DNA from: a virus | IMG/VR virus record: IMGVR_UViG_3300045988_124381 | DNA: 56,455 nt | Direction: 5' to 3' (one strand) | In this document: positions 42,501 through 52,681 of the stretch, piece after piece | How positions within the stretch are numbered: position 1 is the stretch's first letter | Layout of the letters: each line of letters opens with the position of its first letter | Position numbers and translations under genes: made by a program | Notes under the pieces: model-generated | The model's database searches: none | What the model was told of the DNA's origin: nothing | What the model saw: only the letters and a program-made list of their open reading frames with translations

Positions 42501-44202
42501 TATGGCCGTTGACCAGAAGAAGGTCATTGACGAGGCGTTGAACAACATTCAATCAACCCTTATTGACAAAGGCGGATTGCTGGCAGACTTACCTGAACAG
42601 TTAAGCGAACTGGCTAAGGCTCAGGAGGAACTGGCACAAGCTCAGGAAGAATATAATGAAGCCATGAAGAATGGTACGGATGCACAAAAGGAAGCTGCTA
42701 CAAAAAAGCTGAACGATGCCCAAAAGAAACAGCAAAACGCTCAGACCAACGTTCAGAAATCAACGGACAAAACGACAAGCAACCTTATCTCTTTGTCGAA
42801 TGTAATTACCCAGCTTGGTTCAAACTCTGAAATTTCCCTTTCTCAAATTGGAAACTTGGCTGGCGATGTTATTGATGTTTTTACAGAGGCAGGAAGTAAG
42901 ATTGGTGGAATCATTGGAGCTGCATTTTCTCTTTTAGATGCCATTGGGACACAGGGGCTGGATGGTTTCATAGGTAACATATTCAGTAGTGTCTTTAAGT
43001 CTGTAGGTGGAATATGGGATACTCTGACTTTCGGAGGATTCAGCAAACTCTTCGGTATTGGAGGAAACGAAAAAGAGGTGCAGGATACAATCAACAGACT
43101 CACGGACAGAAACGAAAAGTTGCAGTCTGCCATCGAATCCCTTACAGAAGAAATGAAGTCCAGCAAGGGAAGTGAGAAATCCGTAGCAGAGTACAATAAA
43201 GCCATCAAGTATCAGGAGGAATACAACAAGAATGTCCTTTCAAAAGCGCAGGCCAATGCTGGCTATCACAGTAAACATCATAGCTGGGCCTATTACATGG
43301 GCTGGTCGGAAAGTGACATACAATGGATTCGGGAAAATGTCATGGCAGAGTTCACAGGTACAGATTCTTTGTGGCAGATGTCTCCGGAGCAGATGGACTT
43401 ATTACGTCAGAATGTAGACTTGTGGCAGAAAATGGCCGATTCAGGGAAAGGAGGCTATGGAAATAGTGTCGTTGATGCACTAGGTGAATATGCAGATTTG
43501 GCCGGTAACCTCGAAGAACTGAAAGAGGGCCTTTTCGAACAGCTTACCGGAATAAGTTTTGATTCCATGTATGACAGTTTCATAGATACTCTCATGGATA
43601 TGGATGCCTCGGCGGAAGATTTTGCGGATAACCTATCCGAATACTTTATGCGTGCCATGCTTTCAGATAAAATCGGTAACATGTACAGCCAGAAGCTGGA
43701 AGACTGGTGGAACAGATTCGGTGAAAGTATGAAGGACGGAAACCTGAGTGAGAGTGAACGTAATTCACTCCAAAACGAATATATGGGGTACGTGAATGAA
43801 GCATTGAAACTACGGGATGAACTTGCCGCAGCTACCGGATACGACAAGGCTGGCAGCAGTTCCCAGCAGTCGGCCTCCAGCCGCGGATTCGGTACGGAAA
43901 TGACGCACGAGGATGCCGGAGAACTGAGCGGTCGGTTCACTGCCGTGTATGAGTCCAATCTTCGCATTGAGACAGCAGAACAGCAACAGACAGTGGCCAT
44001 TACGGAACTGCGAGGTTCCATCAGTTCCTTGATAGTGCAAGCAAATGGGCTATACAACATCGCAGACGAAACACGTACCATTTTGGCTAATTCCTATTTG
44101 GAGTTGCAGCAAATCAGAGAGAATACAGAAGATTCAGCCAAATACCTGAAAGATATAAAGGCTGACATCGCCGAGGTGAAACATAATACAGCAAGACTAT
44201 GA
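39583..44202 (+). CDS. Tape measure protein (1539 aa)
   Basis: Length, coiled-coil composition, position. Confidence 0.9.
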   Translation: MATLVFRVSAQYDEVIRLRNEISKLEAQLKKMDVNKSPAAAKALETQLASTRQQMMGLVTEAAKAGAVMEKDFKSNIYNASQSVNDFTQKIIDQKRVVKDVEHDVKRLGDAYKTALKRNPTGAAGLLSEYQSAKKTLDEERATLFGLTQQQAEARLSVKRLKDEYAAFKEEAGETVEANEKMSVSLTKVLGVIGGVTALKTFATELVNVRGQFQQLEIAFSTMLKSKEKADKLMSELVDIAAKTPFDLQGVASSAKQMIAYGSSAENVGNELVMLGNVAAGVGSQLSEIAYLYGTLRTQGRAYATDIRQFAGRGIPIYEELAKVLGVTKDEVSGLVTAGKVGFKEVEQAFKNMTSESGIYYNLMQEQSKSLTGQLSNLGDAWDTMLNEIGKDTQGIASSGISAVKGLIENYETVGKVLLGLIATYGTYKTALIVTRITQDALTARMELAILVTKAQTVAQKALNLAMSVNPYAAIATVVVVTSAALLNYASNLDKCKKGIDAYNKSVEEAARKEAEHKEEIEKLLSVAQDEQSSTEDRKEALIRLEQKYPDIFKKYKTEADMLRDILNIKKQINEEDERRRNVSDQEELNRLNAEINKLNEAIKSASQSGAGLSIQSLVNEKNNLIKQRDLKQEEVNKKRHDEILSDLSGYSNEQLQKEVDVRERLMKRLENAQKLGNSVKNGKILNGILPGIKTNEQLQAEKQAIERELNNRGKTNDETKNKKYWEDKKKEAEAARDALDVSEKNSEEWNRYTQQIQEAQSQIEKYSDSSTILKDAERQKKEQQQLAEELLQIRRTNQQNEINLMEDGAEKKRRQIELDYQKEIDEIKKQRQKWEDTQGGKLTSEQRDVLGNRASNAMQSREKGLAAITDTENQAAIEANERYLKNYGTFMQKRQAITDEYTRKISEATTQGDKDILQKEMEKALSSLDLEKLRQGINWELVFGDLDKVSKESLNKVKQQLRDFKNSDEYKNMAVDQKKVIDEALNNIQSTLIDKGGLLADLPEQLSELAKAQEELAQAQEEYNEAMKNGTDAQKEAATKKLNDAQKKQQNAQTNVQKSTDKTTSNLISLSNVITQLGSNSEISLSQIGNLAGDVIDVFTEAGSKIGGIIGAAFSLLDAIGTQGLDGFIGNIFSSVFKSVGGIWDTLTFGGFSKLFGIGGNEKEVQDTINRLTDRNEKLQSAIESLTEEMKSSKGSEKSVAEYNKAIKYQEEYNKNVLSKAQANAGYHSKHHSWAYYMGWSESDIQWIRENVMAEFTGTDSLWQMSPEQMDLLRQNVDLWQKMADSGKGGYGNSVVDALGEYADLAGNLEELKEGLFEQLTGISFDSMYDSFIDTLMDMDASAEDFADNLSEYFMRAMLSDKIGNMYSQKLEDWWNRFGESMKDGNLSESERNSLQNEYMGYVNEALKLRDELAAATGYDKAGSSSQQSASSRGFGTEMTHEDAGELSGRFTAVYESNLRIETAEQQQTVAITELRGSISSLIVQANGLYNIADETRTILANSYLELQQIRENTEDSAKYLKDIKADIAEVKHNTARL

Positions 44203-44621
44203 CAGGAGATTTATTTATCAATGGGAAAGATGCATGGGGCACATGGGGTGTCCGTATGGGCGACGGTTTTCTCGATGCAATCGACGGATTCAATGAGATG
44301 AAAGACTACATTGAGGATGAAAGCCGACTGGAACATGGCAAACGGGTGATAACAGATAATGCAAAAGTGGATTCGCGCGAAATCACTCTCCAGTTTACGA
44401 TCGAGGGAAATTCAGAAAACGATTACCGATCAAAGAAAAAAGCTTTTCAGACAGAACTGGAAAAAGGTGCCGTAAATATTAAAGTTCCAGCATTGGGAGA
44501 TGAAATATACAAGTTGATTTATCTTGGAAAGAGCATTTCTTATGGGATGAGTTCTGACCGCTGTTTTAGTAAAATTTCGAGCAAATTTGAAGAGCCTAAT
44601 CCTATGGATAGAAGCGAATAA
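44199..44621 (+). CDS. Distal tail protein
   Basis: Position overlapping the tape measure stop. Confidence 0.5.
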   Translation: MTGDLFINGKDAWGTWGVRMGDGFLDAIDGFNEMKDYIEDESRLEHGKRVITDNAKVDSREITLQFTIEGNSENDYRSKKKAFQTELEKGAVNIKVPALGDEIYKLIYLGKSISYGMSSDRCFSKISSKFEEPNPMDRSE

Positions 44622-44683
44622 CGAACATTCACCTTATTGTTTCAAATGGGAGTCCTGATTTTTAGGGCTTCCATTTTCTATTT

Positions 44684-47611
44684 ATGAACTTTGGGGATAT
44701 GATAGACATTAAAGACATATCAGGTAAAACAAGACTTTCCATCCCTATTAATAAGGGAGCTAAAGGAAAGTTCACTCTGATGAAGGAAGACTATATAATT
44801 CTTCCTTTTTCGGTTGCTAAGCCTGTGCAATTTAAACTTGGTGATTATGTAGATTTATCCGGTGTCCTTGATGAATCATTAGGTGGAAAGCTGGCGAAAA
44901 TCTATGAGATAACTGACCTTCAGAAGCCTACTTACAACACTTCAACTGGCGGCTATGATTATAATCTCCAGATGAACGCCTACTATTGGAAGTGGAAGAA
45001 CAAAATCTTTAAATACACTCCGGAACATGCAGGGAGCGAAGCATCATGGTCGCTTACTGCTGCCCTTGACGTGCAGCTCGGGGTATTCCTTCGTAACCTG
45101 AAAGCATTGGGATATACATATAAAGGAACAGACTTTATTTTCAGCATAGACGATACTGTTGAGAATAAGGCCGTGGCGATGACCTACGACAACATGAATT
45201 TGTTGGATGCCTTATTCTCAATGGCGGGTGAGGATAAGTGGAATTGCGATTGCTGGATAACGGACAACGTGATACATTTTGGGCGAAATGAGTTCGGAGA
45301 TGCCGTTAAAATTGAGCGTGGTGTCGAAGCGTCGTCTATCACCCGCAGCGAAAGCCAGGGCACTTATGCCACCCGCATCTATGCGTTTGGTTCAACAAAG
45401 AATATCCCCACGAACTACCGGCCCACCGACGAGCAGGCAGTAATCAATGGCGTGGTCCAGAAACGTCTGATGCTTCCGGCTGACACTCCCTATATTGATG
45501 CATACGAAGGTATGTCACAGGAAGAAGCCATTGAGGACGTGGTGGTATTTGATGATGTCTATCCCCGACGTGTTGGCACTTTATCAGACGTACACACACG
45601 AACCGAGGAAGTGGAAAATGAGGACGGCACGAAAGAAACTATTACGTACTATCGCTACAAGGATGCTGGGTTAGAGTTCAAAGAAGAGTATATTCTTGAA
45701 GGTGAAGAATTGAAAATTCAGTTTCAGTCAGGGAAGCTGAATGGTATGGAGTTTGGCGTAATCTTCAATCCCAAACCGAAAGATGAAAGTCGGGGAGATC
45801 AACTTTGGGAGATTGTCCGTAATGAAGATTATGGCAGACCATTACCGGATGATATGATGTATCCTGCCAACGGCGATGAATATATTCTTTCAGGTTTTGA
45901 TATCCAATTGGTGTCCGACCAGTATATTCCAGAAGCCGAGCAGGAACTGAAGGGAAAGGCGCAGAAGTACGCCGATAAGGTAAAAAAGGATGACGGTACC
46001 TATCCGACTACCCTAAGAAGCTCATGGGTTAAAGAGGATTTGATTTCACGAACTTTCGAATTTGGTCAACGTATCAATCTCGTAGATGATACATATTTTG
46101 AAAATGGGCGCATTTCACGTGTCTTGGGATGGGAAATGAATCTTGATATTCCTTGGGATTCTCCTGTTTACACGATTGGGGAAAGTATGCCTTATTCTCG
46201 TATCGGTGAAATTGAAAGTGATGTCGAGTCCTTAACCTACAAGGGACAAACATATTTTGGAAAAGGCGGAGTATATCTTATCAAAGTAAATGATTCAACT
46301 GCTCCAAGTGATAGTAATACGTTTTCTGCACTACGGGCATTAAAAATGTTCCTTCGCAAGGACCAGTCGGACGGCACTAACTTTCTTCTTAAATTCGGCG
46401 AGTTTATCGACAGCATGATTGCCGGTAAAGGTGCCGGGATATTCCCAGATGGTCGCGGGCAGTTCGAGAAGCTGGAAGTGCGCAGCGCAATAATCGTGAA
46501 AGAACTGATATACAATCGTTGGTTCTCTCAGGAAGGCAATGTCACTTACTCTGAGGCGGGAACTATCGAACGGATTGAACTTCTGTCGGACGGTACGTAT
46601 GACCTGTATCTCCGTCGTCGCTGGGATAATGATATCACAGCTTTCAAAGAGCAGGACGTAAGTTATGGCTCAGTGAATAACCTGAATACAGCAGGAGAAT
46701 ATTATGATAGCTGGTTCCGTGTCCTCAGTGTCATGCAGGCTGAGAATAAGATTAACGTGGTTCTTTATCCTGATGAAGAGGTGCCGGGTGGTAAGAACTA
46801 TCCTCCTGCTTCCGGCATGGTAATTACCCGTCGAGGTAACGCAGTGGATGAAGAACGGCAGGGATTCTGGTATATATCCAGCTATGAAGGCTGTATCTGC
46901 ATGCTTGACGGTGTCACGAAACCTATACTCGAGGAATCTAACTACAGCATCATTATCGGGAAACTGAAGAGGTTGGAACTGTTCGATAACCTCCCTATCA
47001 ATTACCAGCATAGCTATGTATATTGCCGTGGTATAGCCATTCAGGACTTGATGCGAATTAACTATCAGGGTTTGGTTGTCGTGCAGCTGAACGACCGTGG
47101 TTTCTGGTCATTGGAGGTAGCTCAAAGTGATAATCCTTATACTGCTGGCAAAGAAACGGTTGATACGGTATGGCATTACGGATGTCGCTGGAAATGTCTT
47201 GTCACCGGTACGACGGACGAACCTCGCTATGCCAGCACGGGCTGGGCGATGTGTGAAGGAAATCCGAATTTCACAATAGATATTGAAAGCGAAAACGGTT
47301 GGGCTTTCGATGCAACCCAGCTTCAGGAAGGAGTTGTATTTACGACTTTAAGTGTAACTGGAGAATTATACAACCGTGATGTGACAGACAGTATCCTTGA
47401 TACGGATGTAAGCTGGACACGAGATACGGGTAACGTGAGTGAGGATAACGCCTGGGCTATCAAGAGAGCTGATGCAGGCAAGACTCTTACATTGACGGTC
47501 GATGATTTGGGCATTGACTTTACTCGTAAAGGAGTGTGCTCTTTTAAAGCAACAGCTTTGCTCCGTGACGGTCAACAGACAGAAATAGCAGAACAAACAA
47601 TAACATTCTAA
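44684..47611 (+). CDS. Tail-associated/baseplate hub protein (975 aa)
   Basis: Size and position after Dit. Confidence 0.55.
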   Translation: MNFGDMIDIKDISGKTRLSIPINKGAKGKFTLMKEDYIILPFSVAKPVQFKLGDYVDLSGVLDESLGGKLAKIYEITDLQKPTYNTSTGGYDYNLQMNAYYWKWKNKIFKYTPEHAGSEASWSLTAALDVQLGVFLRNLKALGYTYKGTDFIFSIDDTVENKAVAMTYDNMNLLDALFSMAGEDKWNCDCWITDNVIHFGRNEFGDAVKIERGVEASSITRSESQGTYATRIYAFGSTKNIPTNYRPTDEQAVINGVVQKRLMLPADTPYIDAYEGMSQEEAIEDVVVFDDVYPRRVGTLSDVHTRTEEVENEDGTKETITYYRYKDAGLEFKEEYILEGEELKIQFQSGKLNGMEFGVIFNPKPKDESRGDQLWEIVRNEDYGRPLPDDMMYPANGDEYILSGFDIQLVSDQYIPEAEQELKGKAQKYADKVKKDDGTYPTTLRSSWVKEDLISRTFEFGQRINLVDDTYFENGRISRVLGWEMNLDIPWDSPVYTIGESMPYSRIGEIESDVESLTYKGQTYFGKGGVYLIKVNDSTAPSDSNTFSALRALKMFLRKDQSDGTNFLLKFGEFIDSMIAGKGAGIFPDGRGQFEKLEVRSAIIVKELIYNRWFSQEGNVTYSEAGTIERIELLSDGTYDLYLRRRWDNDITAFKEQDVSYGSVNNLNTAGEYYDSWFRVLSVMQAENKINVVLYPDEEVPGGKNYPPASGMVITRRGNAVDEERQGFWYISSYEGCICMLDGVTKPILEESNYSIIIGKLKRLELFDNLPINYQHSYVYCRGIAIQDLMRINYQGLVVVQLNDRGFWSLEVAQSDNPYTAGKETVDTVWHYGCRWKCLVTGTTDEPRYASTGWAMCEGNPNFTIDIESENGWAFDATQLQEGVVFTTLSVTGELYNRDVTDSILDTDVSWTRDTGNVSEDNAWAIKRADAGKTLTLTVDDLGIDFTRKGVCSFKATALLRDGQQTEIAEQTITF

Positions 47612-47612
47612 T

Positions 47613-48773
47613 ATGGGAATAAAAAGTAAGACAAAGAGATTGGATGTGAACTACACACCTTTCCAGATTAGCGGAAGTATAGAGGTTGTTGGTAGTGTTC
47701 CAGACCGGCAGATATACAGCAGCGATGTAAAGGAATATACTCCTGACTATACACTGACGCCTCTTGTACTGTTTCCGCGATGCAATGCAACCGATCCGGA
47801 TTCTTATCTGAAGAGCGGTCCGGTGAACGCATCTCTTACTAACATGAAATGGTATCAGATTATCGGTACTCAGAGAACATTGATAAATTCGGATAATACT
47901 GATTACGAGATAACGACAGAAGGAGATAATAAAGGACAGATTAAGGTAAAAAGAAATTCCTCTGTTTCTTCACCTCTTGCCTTTGAATTTTACGCTGAGT
48001 ATGTCGATACCCGTACCAGTCAAGTATATATGTTCCGCTTGAGTACTGTAATTCCGGTTTCAGACGCTACGCTTCCAACGCCAGTCCTGAAACTCGATAG
48101 CCCTGCTACGGTTGTATGGAATCCGTTACGCAATCCGTTGACGCGTAAGATTACAGCATCTGTATTTTACGGAAATGCTGATATCGCATCAGACAAGCAG
48201 AAGTGTAAATTCTTCTGGTATCGTATGAATGAAGGCAGTCTGGAAGAAATTACGGATGGCAACGGTGACAATGACTGGGAAGTTGAAGCAATAGACCATA
48301 ATACTTTAACGATTAATCAGGATTATATTGGGGAAGATCAGACTTATGTCTGCAAGCTGGGATATTCGGCAGATGGCAGTTTACCTTCTGCTCCTCCTGA
48401 CGATGCTCCCACGGCAACAACCACCATCCGGCGCCGCATACCGGAAGTGGAAGTCGACTGGAAAGGAGCACCAACACAAGTTGCCGGAGGAACGGAGAAA
48501 TTGAAATTGGAAGCGTTTGTGATGGACGGAATGGGTGTCGTATCTGATCCGGAAGAATGGTTCCGGTTTGTATGGAAAGTAAAATCTCCGTATTCTCAGA
48601 GTTATTCCAAGCAGGCTGAAGGAATCAAACCTACGATTACGTTCATTCCAGGGATGATGCTTGAATTAGAAGTGCAGGATAGGGGCCCGCAGGCTATACT
48701 TGTAGATGATACGGACGGTTCTGTATTGCAGGACGCTGACGGCAATGTACTTTTTGACAGAATTAATAACTAA
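47613..48773 (+). CDS. Tail fibre / receptor-binding region protein
   Basis: Position; beta-rich composition. Confidence 0.4.
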   Translation: MGIKSKTKRLDVNYTPFQISGSIEVVGSVPDRQIYSSDVKEYTPDYTLTPLVLFPRCNATDPDSYLKSGPVNASLTNMKWYQIIGTQRTLINSDNTDYEITTEGDNKGQIKVKRNSSVSSPLAFEFYAEYVDTRTSQVYMFRLSTVIPVSDATLPTPVLKLDSPATVVWNPLRNPLTRKITASVFYGNADIASDKQKCKFFWYRMNEGSLEEITDGNGDNDWEVEAIDHNTLTINQDYIGEDQTYVCKLGYSADGSLPSAPPDDAPTATTTIRRRIPEVEVDWKGAPTQVAGGTEKLKLEAFVMDGMGVVSDPEEWFRFVWKVKSPYSQSYSKQAEGIKPTITFIPGMMLELEVQDRGPQAILVDDTDGSVLQDADGNVLFDRINN

Positions 48774-48784
48774 TACATACGACT

Positions 48785-49105
48785 ATGGCATACTATGTGA
48801 AAGTGACAAAACAGGTAGCAGATAAGATGGGACTAACATCTATCCGTAACATGACGGCAGACGGAAATGTGCTGTTGTGGCAGTCTGATTTAAATTGCAT
48901 CGAAGGTGATACGATATTTGACAGAGCAGCACGTGTGGGCGGTGTGGCATTGACTCCTCAGTCGGCCCGCTTGGAAACAGACGGTATGGAGAATCCAGTA
49001 GAAGTATCTACTCCGGATGAATATCGGGATGACAAACCGACAATTTTACCTGAGTTCCCAGATACACCTACAGCTCTTAACGAGGAAGGAGGCAGTAATG
49101 AGTGA
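48785..49105 (+). CDS. Hypothetical tail-region protein
   Basis: Position. Confidence 0.4.
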   Translation: MAYYVKVTKQVADKMGLTSIRNMTADGNVLLWQSDLNCIEGDTIFDRAARVGGVALTPQSARLETDGMENPVEVSTPDEYRDDKPTILPEFPDTPTALNEEGGSNE

Positions 49106-50153
49106 GGCTAGTTCAGTACGGCAGGTCGTGTTCCTGCGCAAGGGTAGTGTATATATGCCTTTCCTGCAATCCAACATGGGCGACTTGTACCAGGAATATC
49201 AGGGTACAGCAGAAAACCTGACTAATATTTCCCCAGACTTTACTACAATTACACCTATGATAAGCTACATAATTACAAGTTCATTGGTTGTTGCCGGACT
49301 GGTCGTTCCCAGCTCGGTGAAATGGTACTTCAATGACACTGAGCTAACGTTTGGTAGCGACAAGATTTCAACGAATAGCTTAGGAGGAGAAACAGGTCAC
49401 TTCCAGAGTGTTCCTTATCAGGCTGGAGTACAGAATTACTTTGCTTTGAAAATCAGGAAAAACCTTGTCAAAGCATCCGGAGGTGCAGCATGTAACATCA
49501 AGGCTGAAGCCACGATTGCGGTAGGTAATACCTCCGACAAGGTCCAGGCTGTATATAACATACCGATAACGGTCGGAGTAGGTAACAGTAAGCGTGTTAC
49601 CATTATGGCCGGAGATAACAAGTTCTTTACTCTCACTGATAAGGGAGATTCCTGTATTTTAAAGGCTGTTGCATGGATTGGAAGTGATCAATTAAACGCA
49701 GGCCAGACTTATAAATGGTACACATTACAGTCTGGTTCATGGGTTTTATTGGACGGACAGACACAGCAAACGTTAACCGTCACAAATGATATGGTTGATA
49801 CTACCGGACAGTTCAAGGTAGAAGTATTCCAGGATGGTTTTTTAATCGGCATGGATGTTCAGACGGTAATAGATGCCAGTGATCCGTTCGATATCCTACC
49901 GAATCCCAATCCGGAAAATGAAACTATCGAACAGGGTTCCGGTGGCTCTGTTACCTATACACCGATTTTAGTAAAGCGTGGCAGCACAACTAAATTCAAG
50001 GACATGAAGTTCTTCTTTGTGTTCACGGATTCAGCAGGTAATATTCTTAATCCTGACACGGCTAAGGTTGCATCTTATACAGGTACGGTAACAGAGGCTA
50101 TGTGTGAGCAGGCTTCAGGTAATGTTGCAGTAGTAATAACAACAGAAGAATAA
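49098..50153 (+). CDS. Tail fibre / receptor-binding region protein
   Basis: ATG 49098 follows aggaaggagg and overlaps the upstream stop. Confidence 0.4.
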   Translation: MSEASSVRQVVFLRKGSVYMPFLQSNMGDLYQEYQGTAENLTNISPDFTTITPMISYIITSSLVVAGLVVPSSVKWYFNDTELTFGSDKISTNSLGGETGHFQSVPYQAGVQNYFALKIRKNLVKASGGAACNIKAEATIAVGNTSDKVQAVYNIPITVGVGNSKRVTIMAGDNKFFTLTDKGDSCILKAVAWIGSDQLNAGQTYKWYTLQSGSWVLLDGQTQQTLTVTNDMVDTTGQFKVEVFQDGFLIGMDVQTVIDASDPFDILPNPNPENETIEQGSGGSVTYTPILVKRGSTTKFKDMKFFFVFTDSAGNILNPDTAKVASYTGTVTEAMCEQASGNVAVVITTEE

Positions 50154-50157
50154 TATT

Positions 50158-51141
50158 ATGATTGCAGAAAAAAGAACAGAGGTTAATTATCGTGTTAAGC
50201 CAGTGACCAGGCTTCCTTATCCGGCTGGTATATATTCTTCTACTATGAGATATACGTGTTCGGCTAATGTGGCTCCTTATGTCGTATTCCAGCCTAATAC
50301 ATCACAGGATGCGGTCAGGTACGTAATGAACAAGGTCGGAACATGGCTGGGGACTGAGCAGGGCATGACACCGGCAGAAGATTATGCCAAGAACGGGGAA
50401 AATGCTACGTGGCTCCCGTTTGAACACTTCAATGCGATTGAGATTGAACTTGCCCTGATCCAATTCGCTAAAATCGGACAGGCCATATTCTATGACCAGT
50501 ACACGATATCGGAATATGGGAAAGATACCAATAACGATGATGTAACCAATTATAAGGATTTCAATGTGGCCGATCCGATGAATCCGGAAAATGCTTTTCG
50601 CCCGAATATTTGTTTGAATTGGAAAACAGGGGAAGCTTTTTTCTGGAGGTCAAATATGTTTGCTTCTCGTTCTGTGGGAGTAGGTTCTGTGGAGTTAGGA
50701 ACAAGTCAGGTAGCAATTCCGCTTACGTCTAATTTCGTAGCACTTACAGGAGAATGGAGAGGTAGTCCTCAATGGGGGCGTGTGCTTGCCTATGTTCCCG
50801 AAGACAGGGATTCGTGTTTGCCTAACTGGGACTATATGGAATTTACAATACAGAACGCTTCCAACGGACCCGCTATCCTTAATATAGGAGCTCTTGGAGA
50901 TATATGGGTAGGCGGTGAGAAGTATGTTATCAATACAATCACGATTGGTAAGTTTCGACATGTAAATCTTATGTTTAAAGTAATCCGGTATGCGTGTGGG
51001 ATAATAGATGGTATACGTTGTCAGGCTGGGATATTCTATGTAAAGAATGTTCATGATTTTGATATATCAAGATTTTACGACCAAACAACTCTTACGACTA
51101 AAGCCAATTTAACTTCAAAATCAATTTCGTTTAACGCTTAA
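50158..51141 (+). CDS. Tail fibre / receptor-binding region protein
   Basis: Position; last late structural gene. Confidence 0.4.
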   Translation: MIAEKRTEVNYRVKPVTRLPYPAGIYSSTMRYTCSANVAPYVVFQPNTSQDAVRYVMNKVGTWLGTEQGMTPAEDYAKNGENATWLPFEHFNAIEIELALIQFAKIGQAIFYDQYTISEYGKDTNNDDVTNYKDFNVADPMNPENAFRPNICLNWKTGEAFFWRSNMFASRSVGVGSVELGTSQVAIPLTSNFVALTGEWRGSPQWGRVLAYVPEDRDSCLPNWDYMEFTIQNASNGPAILNIGALGDIWVGGEKYVINTITIGKFRHVNLMFKVIRYACGIIDGIRCQAGIFYVKNVHDFDISRFYDQTTLTTKANLTSKSISFNA

Positions 51142-51223
51142 TCAAATTATTATGATACAGAAAAAATCTTTAAAAGACGCGATACAAAATCCAGAGATAA
51201 TATCAGTCCTCCCACGAGTCGGA

Positions 51224-51255
51224 TTTGTCTAATTTTATGTAAATATCTATTTTTG
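51224..51255 (+). promoter_or_regulatory. Promoter TTTG-N20-TATTTTTG for the internal integrase
   Basis: -7 box ends 8 nt before ATG 51264. Confidence 0.55.
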
Positions 51256-51263
51256 ACGTAAAA

Positions 51264-52457
51264 ATGGATAAGATAAAATACCGACTTGTCTACAATAGAA
51301 AGAAACAACTGAATAAGCAAGGAACTGCCTTGGTACAAGTCGAAGCATCACTCAATCAGCGCAAAGTTTATTTCAAAACAAACATATATCTCAAGCCAGA
51401 ACACTGGGATAAGCGGATTTCTCAGGTTATTGTTCATCCGCAAGCTGATGATCTAAATTCTATGTTGTTCGAGTTTGTTCTACACCTTCAGGGAATAGAA
51501 TTGGCTCTATGGAAACGTGGAGTTCCGGCCACATTATCCTTACTGAAAGACGCAATGAAGAAGAACCGTCCGGTTAATGTAACATTTCCTGTATTTGCGA
51601 AAGAATACGTTACACATTCTGATAGGAGAGAGAGTACAAAGGAGAATCTGTATACCACCATAACCGTATTGCAGGAGTTTAGACCAGGGCTAGATTTCAA
51701 GGATATTACTTATACGTTTCTGAAAGATTTCGAGGTATATCTTAGGGAAAAAGGCAACGGGGTGAACACTGTTGCAAAGCATTTGAGGCAGCTCAGAACA
51801 TTAGTCAACGAAGCAATAAATCAAGGATATATTCATGCAGACGCTTACCCGTTTCGCAAGTTTAAGATAAAGCAGGAAAAGGGAAGGCATGAGTTCTTGA
51901 CTCCGGACGAACTGAAAAAGTTGGAGAACCTCGAGGTTAGCGATAGAAAATTGCGTCACGTGCTGGATGCGTTCCTGTTCTGTTGCTATGTAGGATTACG
52001 TTTTTCTGACTTTTGCCAGCTCAAGCAGTCTAATTTTATCAAGGTAAATGGTAAGAAGTGGCTGCACTTCAAGTCGATTAAGACGGGTATTGAACTACAT
52101 CTACCGTTACATCTTCTATTCGAGGGGAAGGCACTGGCTATTCTGGATAAGTACAATATAGCAGAGTTCGCCAGCTTGGGCAGTAATTCGGAAGTGAACA
52201 AATGTCTTGCCCAAATAACCATGATGGCTCGGATTAAGAAGCACGTAACCTATCATACTGCCAGACATACCTGTGCTACGCTGCTCATTCATCAAGGTGT
52301 CCCGATTACGACAGTTCAGCGACTGCTAGGTCACACCTCAGTTAAGACTACAGAAATCTATTCGGAGATACTTTCAAATACTATCGTAAAGGACTTGAGA
52401 GCCATTAAGAGAAAGCGTATTGTAAATAACTTTCAAAATTATGCTTCAGCCCGGTAG
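51264..52457 (+). CDS. Tyrosine recombinase, Bacteroidetes arm-domain type (397 aa)
   Basis: GLRFSDFCQL, ARHTCATLLIHQGVPITTVQRLLGHTSVKTTEIYSE. Confidence 0.85.
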   Translation: MDKIKYRLVYNRKKQLNKQGTALVQVEASLNQRKVYFKTNIYLKPEHWDKRISQVIVHPQADDLNSMLFEFVLHLQGIELALWKRGVPATLSLLKDAMKKNRPVNVTFPVFAKEYVTHSDRRESTKENLYTTITVLQEFRPGLDFKDITYTFLKDFEVYLREKGNGVNTVAKHLRQLRTLVNEAINQGYIHADAYPFRKFKIKQEKGRHEFLTPDELKKLENLEVSDRKLRHVLDAFLFCCYVGLRFSDFCQLKQSNFIKVNGKKWLHFKSIKTGIELHLPLHLLFEGKALAILDKYNIAEFASLGSNSEVNKCLAQITMMARIKKHVTYHTARHTCATLLIHQGVPITTVQRLLGHTSVKTTEIYSEILSNTIVKDLRAIKRKRIVNNFQNYASAR

Positions 52458-52608
52458 AGTATGGGTAGACTTGATAGGCTCTACCTAAAATATACTGACA
52501 AGCGCTGTCACCCTTTTTGAAACAATATATTCTTTGTTCGTTTTTAACTTGTTTACCTTCGCTGAAAAGCCTTGGTAAATGAGTAGATTTGTGTGTGAAA
52601 TAGTAATT

Positions 52609-52658
52609 GCGCCCATGAGCGTGTTCCTTTTTCTGGGGATGCGCTTATGGGCGCTTTT
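52609..52658 (+). terminator. Long hairpin plus T-run downstream of the internal integrase
   Basis: gcgcccatgagcg/cgcttatgggcgc 13-bp stem (one G-U), then tttt. Confidence 0.6.
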
Positions 52659-52681
52659 GTTTAATTTAAAACCTTAATTGT

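Noticed and set aside
51142-52681. Inverted repeats flanking the internal integrase as evidence of an invertible segment
   Set aside because: By eye I found only local hairpins (52464-52487, 52609-52654) and a weak GATACA(G)AAAA direct repeat at 51154-51200. No long inverted pair was seen. This needs a computational search before any claim.
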